The notes under the pieces are model-generated. The model saw nothing but the letters and a program-made list of their open reading frames with translations, ran no database searches and was not told where the DNA came from. DNA of 64,000 nucleotides from Macrostomum hystrix (lineage: Eukaryota; Animalia; Platyhelminthes): the NCBI GenBank assembly GCA_950097015.1, contig CATNEN010000038.1, forward strand, positions 18,104,001-18,168,000. The letters run 5' to 3'. The translations under genes and the position numbers were made by a program. Positions 1 to 11,400 of the stretch are shown here, in pieces (positions within the stretch are counted from its first letter, which is position 1; every line of letters begins with the position of its first letter).

Positions 1-347
1 ACTTGTAGCCATCGGATCTTGTAGCCATGGGATCTTGTAGCCATGGGAACTTGTAGCCATCGGATCTAGTAGCCAAGTGATCTTGTAGCCAAGGGATCTT
101 GTAGCCATGGGATCTTGAAGCCAAGTGATCTTGTAGCCATGGGATCTTGAAGCCATGGGATCTTGTAGCCATCGGATCTAGTAGCCAAGTGATCTTGTAG
201 CCATGGGATCTTGTAGCTATGGGATCTTGAAGCCAAGAGATCTTGTAGCCATGGGATCTTGTAGCTATGGGATCTTGAAGCCAAGTGATCTTGTAGCCAT
301 GGGATCTTGTAGCTATGGGATCTTGAAGCCAAGTGATCTTGTAGCCG
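1..347. repeat. 16-bp minisatellite (GATCTTGTAGCCATGG), intronic, truncated by the window edge
   Basis: Directly visible tandem units with variants; the ORFs over it are periodic artefacts. Confidence 0.95.
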
Positions 348-426
348 AGGTATCTAGAGCTTTTTTGGACTTTGCAACTTGTTAAAACAGACAAAAATAA
401 TATTACAAGATAATATTAACACTCAC

Positions 427-3400
427 CGTGCTAGGAAATAGAGCCGCCAAAACATCCGCATGCCGCTGGTCCTCATGCTGATGAGTCCAACGGCTGTTTA
501 TTTTTGCAGACGCCGCAGCGTCTGATGGCGGCGGCGACGTCAGAGAGGGCGAATCCGGTGGGTCTGTGCGACCCTCGCCGGCAACTATCCGTTTGCCGAT
601 GGTCAGTAGTGACCGCTTGGTACTCTCAGCGGCAGAATCTGAGTCACTTCGCTCTTCGGCCGGGGCCGAATTAGTGGGCCTGGCAGCCCTTGCCGACCCA
701 GACGGCGAGGAAGACGATGCTTCGTCCTTGGGCGCAGTCGCTGACGAAGTAGCATAGACATCGCCGCTATCCTCGGCCTCGGTTTCTCCGGTTAAGTCTG
801 GTGATTCAGATTCTGCATCGCCTATTTGATTTGGTTGAGAAAAAACTCATGAGTTATTTTGTGCGAAGATTGGCATAGAAGCGGGTCTTGAAATATCCCA
901 TAGAAGCGGGTCTTCAAATATCGCATAGAAGGGGATCTTCAAAGATACCTTCAAAGCGGGTCTTTAAAGATCCTACAGAAGCGGGTCTTCAAAGATCCCT
1001 TCAAAGCGGGTCTTTAAAGATCCTACAGAAGCGGGTCTTCAAAGATCCCTTCAAAGCGGGTCTCAAAAGATCCCATAGAAGCGGGTCTTTACAGATCCCA
1101 TAGAAGCGGGTCTTTACAGATCCCATAGAAGCGGGTCTTTACAGATCCCATAGAAGCGGGTCTTTACAGATCACATAGAAGCGGGTCTTTACAGATCCCA
1201 TAGAAGCGGGTCTTTACAGATCCCATAGAAGCGGGTCTTTAAAGATCCCATAGAGGCGGGTCTTTAAAGATCCCATAGAGGCGGGTCTTTAAAGATCCCA
1301 TAGAGGCGGGTCTTTAAAGATCCCATAGAGGCGGGTCTTTAAAGATCCCATAGAGGCGGGTCTTTAAAGATCCCATAGAGGAGGGTCTTTAAAGATCCCA
1401 TAGAGGCGGGTCTTTAAAGATCCCATAGAGGAGGGTCTTTAAAGATCCCATAGAGGCGGGTCTTTAAAGATCCCATAGAATCAGGTCTTTACAGATCCCA
1501 TAGAATCAAGTCTTTACAGATCCCATAGAATCAGGTCTTTACAGATCCCATAGAAGCGGGTCTTTACAGATCCCATAGAAGCGGGTCTTTAAAGATCCCA
1601 TAGAGGCGGGTCTTAAAAGATCCCATAGAGGCGGGTCTTTAAAGATCCCATAGAGGCGGGTCTTTAAAGATCCCATAGAGGCGGGTCTTTAAAGATCCCA
1701 TAGAGGCGGGTCTTTAAAGATCCCATAGAGGCGGGTCTTTAAAGATCCCATAGAGGCGGGTCTTTAAAGATCCCATAGAAGCGGGTCTTTAAAGATCCCA
1801 TAGAAGCGGGTCTTTAAAGATCCCATAGAGGCGGGTCTTTAAAGATCCCATAGAAGCGGGTCTTTAAAGATCCCATAGAGGCGGGTCTTTAAAGATCCCA
1901 TAGAGGCGGGTCTTTAAAGATCCCATAGAAGCGGGTCTTTACAGATCCCATAGAATCAGGTCTTTAAAGATCCCATAGAAGCGGGTCTTTACAGATCCCT
2001 TCAAAGCGGGTCTTTAAAGATCCCATAGAAGCGGGTCTTTAAAGATCTCATAGAAGCGGGTCTTTACAGATCCCATAGAAGCGGGTCTTCAAAGATCCCT
2101 TCAACGCGGGTCTTTAAAGATCCCATAGAATCAGGTCTTTACAGATCCGATAGAATCAGGTCTTTACAGATCCCATAGAAGCGGGTCTTTACAGATCCCT
2201 TCAAGGCGGGTCTTTAAAGATCCCATAGAAGCGGGTCTTTAAAGATCTCATAGAAGCGGGTCTTTACAGATCCCATAGAAGCGGGTCTTTACAGATCCCT
2301 TCAAGGCGGGTCTTTAAAGATCCCATAGAAGCGGGTCTTTAAAGATCTCATAGAGGCGGGTCTTTACAGATCCCTTCAAGGCGGGTCTTTAAAGATCCCA
2401 TAGAAGCGGGTCTTTAAAGATCTCATAGAGGCGGGTCTTTACAGATCCCTTCAAGGCGGGTCTTTAAAGATCCCATAGAAGCGGGTCTTTAAAGATCTCA
2501 TAGAAGCGGGTCTTTAAAGATCCCATAGAAGCGGGTCTTTAAAGATCCCATAGAGGCGGGTCTTTAAAGATCCCATAGAAGCGGGTCTTTAAAGATCTCA
2601 TAGAAGCGGGTCTTTACAGATCCCATAGAGGCGGGTCTTTAAAGATCCCATAGAAGCGGGTCTTTAAAGATCTCATAGAAGCGGGTCTTTACAGATCCCA
2701 TAGAGGCGGGTCTTTAAAGATCCCATAGAGGCGGGTCTTTAAAGATCCCATAGAGGCGGGTCTTTAAAGATCCCATAGAGGCGGGTCTTTAAAGATCCCA
2801 TAGAGGCGGGTCTTTAAAGATCCCATAGAGGCGGGTCTTTAAAGATCCCATAGAAGCGGGTCTTTACAGATCCCATAGAAGCGGGTCTTTAAAGATCCCA
2901 TAGAGGCGGGTCTTTAAAGATCCCATAGAGGCGGGTCTTTAAAGATCCCATAGAAGCGGGTCTTTACAGATCCCATAGAAGCGGGTCTTTAAAGATCCCA
3001 TAGAGGCGGGTCTTTAAAGATCCCATAGAGGCGGGTCTTTAAAGATCCCATAGAGGCGGGTCTTTAAAGATCCCATAGAGGCGGGTCTTTAAAGATCCCA
3101 TAGAAGCGGGTCTTTAAAGATCCCATAGAGGCGGGTCTTTAAAGATCCCATAGAGGCGGGTCTTTAAAGATCCCATAGAGGCGGGTCTTTAAAGATCCCA
3201 TAGAAGCGGGTCTTTAAAGATCCCATAGAGGCGGGTCTTTAAAGATCCCATAGAAGCGGGTCTTTAAAGATCCCATAGAGGCGGGTCTTTAAAGATCCCA
3301 TAGAGGCGGGTCTTTAAAGATCCCATAGAGGCGGGTCTTTAAAGATCCCATAGAGGCGGGTCTTTAAAGATCCCATAGAGGCGGGTCTTTAAAGATCCCA

Positions 3401-4201
3401 TAGAGGCGGGTCTTTAAAGATCCCATAGAGGCGGGTCTTTAAAGATCCCATAGAGGCGGGTCTTTAAAGATCCCATAGAGGCGGGTCTTTAAAGATCCCA
3501 TAGAGGCGGGTCTTTAAAGATCCCATAGAGGCGGGTCTTTAAAGATCCGCTTCTGTAAGGTTCTCAGATAAGATAAACCTTTCTCTTTAAGATAAGGTTT
3601 GATTAACTTTGGGGCGAACTTTACCTCTGCTTTCGGCGCGATGTTCTCTGTTGCGTTTGTCGCCTTCTTCGCTTTCTGTAGCTTGATCTCGATGTCTATG
3701 ATGCTTAGTCGAATGAGACGAGTCGTCGAATTCGTCGGAATGATGACGATTTTTTGAATCGTCCCGACGATCTTCCTCATCGCCGTGGTGATGCTCCTCT
3801 GGTTCAGAATCGTCAGAAGAATGAGAACCTGATGCTGACGACTGTGCGAAACGAGAAGAAGCGTTGCTACCACCGCCGCTGCCGCCACCGCCAGAAAAGT
3901 CTTCATCTCTATGATAAGAAGTAGATGAAGTCCGTTTCAAGTGCGAGTTTGACGGAGAATAGTCTTCATCTCCAGTTCCGTCGCGGCCGTCGTTATCCTC
4001 GGCGGATGTACCACCGCTGCCACCACTACTAGACACACCGTCCTCATCAATGAATTCTCCGCCACTACTGCCGCTGCCATCAGCGAGATAAACAGAGGCA
4101 TCAATTTCTGCCCCAACTAGAACTCGCTTATCCATGGCCGATAGAGATATTAAGCACAGGCATAGTAATATGATGGTAATGCACACCCAGCGCAGTGACA
4201 T
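427..4201 (-). CDS. Secreted/membrane Ser-Gly-rich acidic proteoglycan-like protein (syndecan-like), 5' part; exons 4201-3625 and 821-427, continues beyond the left edge
   Basis: ATG at 4201 is followed by a hydrophobic signal peptide (MSLRWVCITIILLCLCLISLSA). Acidic-flanked SG motifs (DGSGSSGGEF, EDFSGGGGSG, EDSGD). Phase-1 GT donor at 3624 matches the AG acceptor at 822; exon 2 is open for 131 codons and ends at a GTGAGT donor. Confidence 0.7.
875..3549. repeat. 25-bp minisatellite (GCGGGTCTTTAAAGATCCCATAGAG), about 105 copies, filling an intron
   Basis: Directly visible tandem array. Confidence 0.97.
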
Positions 4202-5300
4202 GGCTGGGGCTTTATGGATCAAAAGGAATTTCTGGCGCAGCTTAAGCTCTGCAGCTTCAATTTAAATTGCTTTTGTTGTCCACGATGTTGATTGCTTTCA
4301 ACTGAATTCTAGAATAGGAACAAAAAATATAGTAATAGATTAATCAGTAGCTATATAAGTGCTTATTGTGTTCAACTAATGCACACTACACTGAACACCT
4401 TTATGGCCTTAGTTTGACATTTTGTTATAGTTCCAAGACATTTCTAGCAAGTGAAAAAATGAGTTTGTTGAGTTTAGATTTATTAAAAGACTAGGCAATA
4501 TTTTATATATATACTGAAGTTCAATGTTTACTAATAAAATAGTAAGTTTTAGAAGCTTGCAAAAACAAACAAGCAAGTGATTGAACAAATGTGTCAAAAA
4601 GCAAAATCACTTTAAAATAAAATTTACAAATTTAAAAATGCACAAAAAGACAAATAAAAATCTAGACCTAATTATAGGGACTACAAATGGAAAAAAAGAA
4701 ACAATGATATAAAAAATTCTATTTTGTGTTGAAAAAAATAACATAAATTTTTTGTTTAGAAAATAAAGCCTACTATCAACAGAAAGAAGATAAAATTTAC
4801 TTTACAACAAGTGTTTATATGCTAGGCTACAATTAGTGCAAAAACAAAAAGTTATACAGTGCTTAAGTTTTTTTAAGTATTTGCTGTGTGATTGAAATTT
4901 AGAAAAAACTACCTTATATAGAACTTAAAAATATTACTAATGCATTGATACTGAAATAAACAAATTAAAAATGAAGAAAGAGGATATAAAAATATATACT
5001 AACACTTCTTTTTAGTAAAAGAGTTGTTTTACTTTGTGAATTTTTTGGTTGATATTTTCTTTTTCTTTTTTTTCAATCATTGTTTATAGTGTTTTCCAAG
5101 TATATCCTATCAAAATTTAATGTAGAATTCTAAGTAGAATATGATATACTCAAACCTTTTTATTTTCTTTTAGCAGAATCTCCCGGAAACATGTTTCTCT
5201 AATGTACCCCCTTTACACATTTCAGATCACTTTTGCAATGAACTGTAAATAGTAAATTGATGTCTATGCGATGTCTATTTGTTAAGCTATGGAATAGGTA

Positions 5301-5941
5301 GGGTAATGTATCATCAACCGAACAGTGTATCATCAAAACTGAACAAAAATTTTGACTCCTTCCTTGGTCTTGTGCAAGACAGAAACAAGCTATTGTGTTT
5401 CATAGAACAACTAATTTGAAAGTTGAAGAAATTATCTACAAGCGGAGGCATGATGTGCAATGAAGCATTAAGAGGAAAGAAAGATATTGATGTTTCAGTA
5501 GAATTTTTTATTGCAAAAGCATACTTTTTAACAACATTTTTTCAGTATGTACTTTAGACAAAGATTGTATATGGTTGCTTGCCAATTAAATGACCATAAA
5601 TGTAGTTATTTATAGAGCATGAAAAATGCTTTCAAATGACATAATTCATGATAGTTCACTCCTTAAAATAAGATTAAACCACTCACTCAAATTGTAAAAC
5701 CAAACATCAAATTCTCTGTTTGGTTTGAAGATACATGAAAATCATTGTTCAGTTTTAGATAAAAAGCAGTGAATAACTTTTTTCTATTTGATAAAAGAGC
5801 AAAAGCAGATACTTTTTAGAAAGATGTAACTGTTTTCTATAACTTGGCTTTTGATTTATCATCATATCTTAAATAGAAATCTGTAGCTTAGGTTTGAAGT
5901 TAAAAAATACACATTCTTGTTTGGTTGATGATACATTACCC
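5301..5941. mobile_element. Non-autonomous DNA transposon (MITE-A) with GGG..CCC termini and TA flanks
   Basis: TIR GGGTAATGTATCATCAACC / GGTTGATGATACATTACCC with TA on both sides; a closely similar second copy lies at 33346-34287. Confidence 0.9.
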
Positions 5942-5951
5942 TATGGCTTTG

Positions 5952-6658
5952 CCATAGTCCGGATCATGCTGGACTTACGCAGGAGGAAAAATCCAACATT
6001 TTTGGCACTTACGCCAGACTTATGCAAACCAAAAAAGGTCCCTCTGACTTACGCCACCCAAAAAAGGTCCTTCACAATTCTTGTTAATCCATGTCTCTTT
6101 ATCGGCCTCCTTGCTTGCTGCCCTTGACTATTACATTGATGTCTCTCTCACTCTAACCAGCATGTAACACACTAAAAGTGGGGAACGAACCTCGCGCTGG
6201 CAGACCGAGACCGGTTTCTGGCTAGATGATTCACAATTATTCAGTGATTAATTAAATTCAGAAGTTGCAACTGTTTAAAAATGTCACAAGTTGCAAATTC
6301 TGAATCAAGTATCAAAGTAAGCATCTTAAAGCTAAAAAAACTTTTGCTATCCTACAATAGATATTCTGCTATCTCATTTATACAAACTGCAATATTTTAA
6401 TGAACTTTGTTTTAATGCTGCTCCTTAACATCATAATTAACGCAAATGTGTTATGTTCTATAGTGATACATTTGATTGTGAATGATCTCATTTGTGCTAA
6501 CATTTACGCCACTTGATTTATACCATGTACTTACGCCAAGCACTTACACCAAGGCACATTTTGGCCTATACTTACGCCAAGCACTTACGCCAGCCTCCGA
6601 TCCCAAACCAGATTTACGCCGGAGATCTCCGGCATAAACGACATGATCCGGACTATGG
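5952..6658. mobile_element. Non-autonomous hAT/P-like element
   Basis: 17-bp TIR CCATAGTCCGGATCATG; 8-bp TSD TGGCTTTG (5944-5951, 6659-6666); repeated subterminal TTACGCC motifs. Confidence 0.88.
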
Positions 6659-7710
6659 TGGCTTTGCCACTTCTTTAAAGACAAATGATTGTGAATAGTT
6701 TTATGAATAGTAGATTGTGAATAGTAGATTCTTTTATATTGTGAACAAATAAACATGTCTTGTTTGCTATCATAAACATATGATAGCAAATTAGTAAATT
6801 TTATTTTTAATACTAAGTGTTAATAGAAGATATATAGGCCTATATTCCATAGTGTAGATTAAAAATTAAAATGTTATTGTAATTTTTTTGTTTTCTAAGT
6901 CAAATCTATCTGGTCATTTGGATCACAGCCTCTTATGGTAAAAATACATTACAAAAACAACTAAAATGTTGATCAAAAAATTGTTATAACTTTTTTATTG
7001 CTTGACCAATTTTGATGAGTGAGGTGTCTTTTAACTCAGACAAGCAAGATCTGTAACATAAGAAAAAAAACATGGATTTTTTTAATTTCTCACTGAAGTC
7101 CCTACTAATTACACTTAGTTTCATTAATATCTAGTATATATTTTACAAGTGGGTGAAAATGAAAATATCTTAAAGGTTAAAGCCAACCAATTTAGGCCAA
7201 AAAATTACAGATGAAAATGATTATGGCAGAAACAATGGCTAAGCTAACCTTTCTCACATTGTTTTCTGCTTAATTTCTTGCACTAGAAACATTTAGGAAA
7301 TGGGCCTAAAAGACTACATATATATTTAAAAAATATTGTTTAATCCTATGGTTGTGGACAGTTTTATTTACTAATAAGTGTAATAACTTCAGAATCAAAG
7401 GACTGAAGCAAAGGCTTTAATTGTAGAAGCAATATATCGAATATTTCAGGAAATTCGCGGGAAAGAAAGTGGTAAAGTTTTGCAGGAGATAACATGTCTT
7501 GGCCCTCGGAACCTAAAAGAATATAGATCGAAACTTACACCTCCCAATTGGCTTACTCCTTTATCAGACAAAAATTATAAATATAGAAATATGAAAACAT
7601 AGCACCTAAGAAAATTATTAAATAAGGCTTTTAATTCACAAAGCATCAATACGGATTCAAACTGGCTGCATAGACCAGCATGCTTACTCGGCTCAGGGGA
7701 TTATGTAAAA

Positions 7711-8204
7711 GGCAGTGCTTATCCCCACGGTACCGTAGAAATAATTTTTGTCTTATTCCTACGGTACCGTGGGAATAATTTCCTGCTTATCCGCACGGCA
7801 CACTGACGAGATAGCTGTCCTATCTTCTATCTTTTTATCATGACTGCAATTTTCCTTTTTTTCTTCCGGTTTTTAAAAGCAAGTAAACAAATTAAAGTTT
7901 TCTGCTTTTTTCGCAAGTAGTTACCCAATATGGTGGCTTTTTTAAGTATATAAAATATATATTTCTAATATTTATATATTCAAAAGAATACAACTGAAGT
8001 GTGTATTTTTCTAATCTTATAGCTCAAGCCTTCTAAGTCTATAATCCAGTCTATTACTTTATTCTAGGCCAAGTTAAAATAGGTCCATAAAAAATGTCTG
8101 ACAGTGCCAACGGAATATGTTAAAGATAGGACAGCTATCTCGTCAGTGTGCCGTGCGGATAAGCAGGAAATTATTCCCACGGTACCGTGGGGATAAGCAC
8201 TGCC
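7711..8204. mobile_element. Mutator-like MITE
   Basis: Long TIRs beginning GGCAGTGCTTATCCCCACGGTACCGT; 9-bp TSD TATGTAAAA (7702-7710, 8205-8213). Confidence 0.9.
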
Positions 8205-8486
8205 TATGTAAAAAGAAATCTGAGAACAACACGGAGCACATTTAAAAGGTAGCATATTTAAAACAAAAAATAAAAGAAAAAGTAAAAAAATGCAAGTTTT
8301 TATTAGTCATAAAATGCTTAAAAAAATAAAATGAAAACTTTTCGTCGGCAGCATACATTTAAATAAAAATATTTACACTAACAACAGCGCCAATTCGTTT
8401 TGAAATATTTTAGATTTCTACATTTTTGCCTCCTGCAGAGTGCTACAATATCTTTTAATCCGCAATTTCAACAATACGGTTGATCA

Positions 8487-11400
8487 ATGAAAACGGAATC
8501 CTTATGGATAGACAAAGTCGTCGATCGCGAAAAGATTGACCAATGGTGAGTTTGGAACAATTCGCGCCAAATGAGTATACTGAATTCGATCATTTAAACT
8601 TCCCATCACCCTCGAATTTGCTGTATGTGAGGATTTTACAGTTTGTATTCTGCAGAGCTAAAAGGAGCAAAATTTTGACTTTTTTCTAACGAGACAAAAA
8701 GAAAAATAATACTTGTATTTGTAAAGCTTCGTATATTTCTTCAAATTTTCAGTATATGGGACCTGTGCTTTAGTCCGGACGGTACACAGATAGTAGCGGC
8801 TGCCGGCAGCAGAGTTTTGGTGTACAACGCAGAAGATGGAACCTTAATTCAAGCTCTGAAGGGTCACAAGGAGGCTGTCTATTGCGTCACATATTCAAAG
8901 GATGGAAAGCGGTTTGCCAGCGGATCGGCTGACAAGATGGTGATTATATGGGCTACGAAGCCGAAGTTGGAGGGAATTTTAAAGTATTCGTAAGTGAAAA
9001 ATCTATAAAATTCTGGATACTATTTCATTGAATGAAATTGAAGGACTACATAACATTAACTTTTCAGACACAACGACAGCATCCAGTGCTTGGCATTCAA
9101 TCCGCTCAGTGGCCAACTGGCGTCATGTGCGTGCACCGATTTCGGACTTTGGTCGCCAGAACAGAAATCTGTCAACAAGAGCAAAGTAGCCGCTAGAGTC
9201 ACCTGCTGCAGCTGGACTAAAGACGGGCAGTACCTGGCTGTGGGCTTGTTCAACGGTGTCATCAGCATCAGAAGCAAGGCAAGAAAACAAATTTCTATCA
9301 ATAAAATTAAACGCAGAATTTCCGAAAATAGAACTCGTTTTGCATTACACATCTGATTCATTCCAGACTGGCGAAGAGAAACGCAAGTTCGAGAGACCCG
9401 GTGGCGCCCTCAGCCCAGTTTGGTCACTTGAATGGTGCCCCTCAAAGTGAGCCAAAGCACATGCAACGTCATTATTTTAGTTCGTAACTTTTAAATTGAA
9501 ATGGTTCGACAAAACAAAGCTGCTTGTTAACTTACTAACTTATACAGAGACGATAAACTGTACACTCTGGCAGCGGCAGACTGGGGCCAAAAAGTTGCCT
9601 TCTACAGGTTGCTGGAAAAGTCGGTAAGTGATAGAAAACTTTATTCAAAAAATTCACAGTTTCCTTTTGCCAGTCACTAATTACTATGCATATGATATAC
9701 GCTCGTATATAAAAAAGCGAACATTTATCCTTAATCTCAGGTGACCGAGAAGACAGTAAACTATGACCCGGCCTGCATCAGCTGGTTTCACACCGGTGAT
9801 TTTGTACTAATCGCTGGGTCAAATCACGAGTGCAACCTGTACACTAGAGACGGTACTAAGCTAGGCTTGGTGGCCAAGACTGACTCCTGGATCTGGGCAT
9901 GTCGCAGCCAGCCCGGTGGAAACGGCGTTGTGATTGGCTGCCAGGATGGCACCGTGGCTATGTACCAGCTGCAGTTCAGTACTGTACACAGCCTATACAA
10001 GACACGCTACGCTTATAGGGACAACATGACAGACGTGATTGTGCAACACCTGCTGTCTGAGGATAAAGGTTAGTGCGAGTTAAAGCTTTATTACCTCTGC
10101 TTTTTAACCTGTATCAATAAATCAGGCATGTCCACTTGGATGAGATTTCAATGCTGGCACGGGGTCAACTATCAAAGATCAACCCCTCACAGTCCGCATC
10201 AAGAACCGGGACATGGTGAAGAAGATTGCAGTCTACAAAAATCGCCTAGCGGTGCAGCTCACGGAGGTCATTATTATCTACGAGCTGCAGTCGGACGATC
10301 CCAACGACATGCACTACCGGATTAAGGAGAGGATTAACAAGGCCATCGAGTGCAATCTGTTGGTAGTCGCCACAAATCACCTGATGGTTTGTCAGGTGAG
10401 AACTGGGTGATTAACTTCACATTGATACCAGAAGGTCTATTGGGAGGGACAAAGTAGTCATCAGAGTCTTTCATAGATAAATACGGCATAAAAGTTTTTT
10501 TTCCAGTTCTGTTCTGTTTTTGACGGACAAGACTATTTCGCACACTTTTAGGAGAGGCGACTGCAGTGCTACAACTTCCGCGGAATCAAGGAGCGCGAGT
10601 GGCTGCTGGACTCGCCAATTCGCTATACGAAAGTCCTGGGCGGCTCGCCCAATAAGGAGGGCCTGCTCATCGGAATGAAGAACGGCCAGATCGTGAGCAT
10701 CTTCCTGGACAATCCGTTCCCCGTCCAGCTGCTGAAGCAGGCTTCTTCAGTTCGCTGCTTAGACATCAACTGTACGCGGGACCGGCTGGCTGTGATTGAC
10801 GAGCACCAGACGCTCATGGTGTACGACCTGAAGACCAAGGACCTGCTGTATCAAGAGCCCAATGCTAATAGCGTCGCTTGGAACAGCATCAACTCGGACA
10901 TGCTCTGCTTCTCAGGCAACGGAACGCTCAACATCAAGGCGGCCAATTTCCCAGTGCATCAGCAGAACATGCAAGGCTTTGTTGTAGGCTTCACCGGCTC
11001 AAAGATCTTCTGCTTGAATGTCTACTCGATGTCGTGCGTAGATGTGCCCCAGAATGCGCCAATGTACCAGTACCTGGAGAAGAAGCAGCTGAAGGAGGCC
11101 TATCAGGTGGCCTGTTTAGGTGTAACCGACAGCGACTGGCAAGCCTTGGCCACTAGCGCACTGATGGAGATGAAGTTGGACATTGCCTTTCTAGCCTACG
11201 CCAGGCTGAAGGATATCAAGTTTCTCCAGCTGATTTATCAGATTCGCGTGAGTTAAATCTGAGATCCCTGAGCTCGATTCCGCGGCGAGGCCACATTCAT
11301 TTGGGGCGCAGCCGCGGAGAGAAGCTATTTGTGCAATTGCCGCAATTGAGGCCAACCTTCAAGGCACAGTGAAAGTGTACACTACCTGACGCTGAGAAAG

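Noticed and set aside
8205-8495. RFX X-box expected upstream of a ciliary gene
   Set aside because: No convincing GTTNCCATGGNAAC-like match was seen.
9600-9625. Possible frameshift in IFT122 exon 5 (alternative frame reads VAGK, like the conserved SGK)
   Set aside because: The exon splices in phase as written, so divergence or a small compensated error cannot be distinguished without reads.
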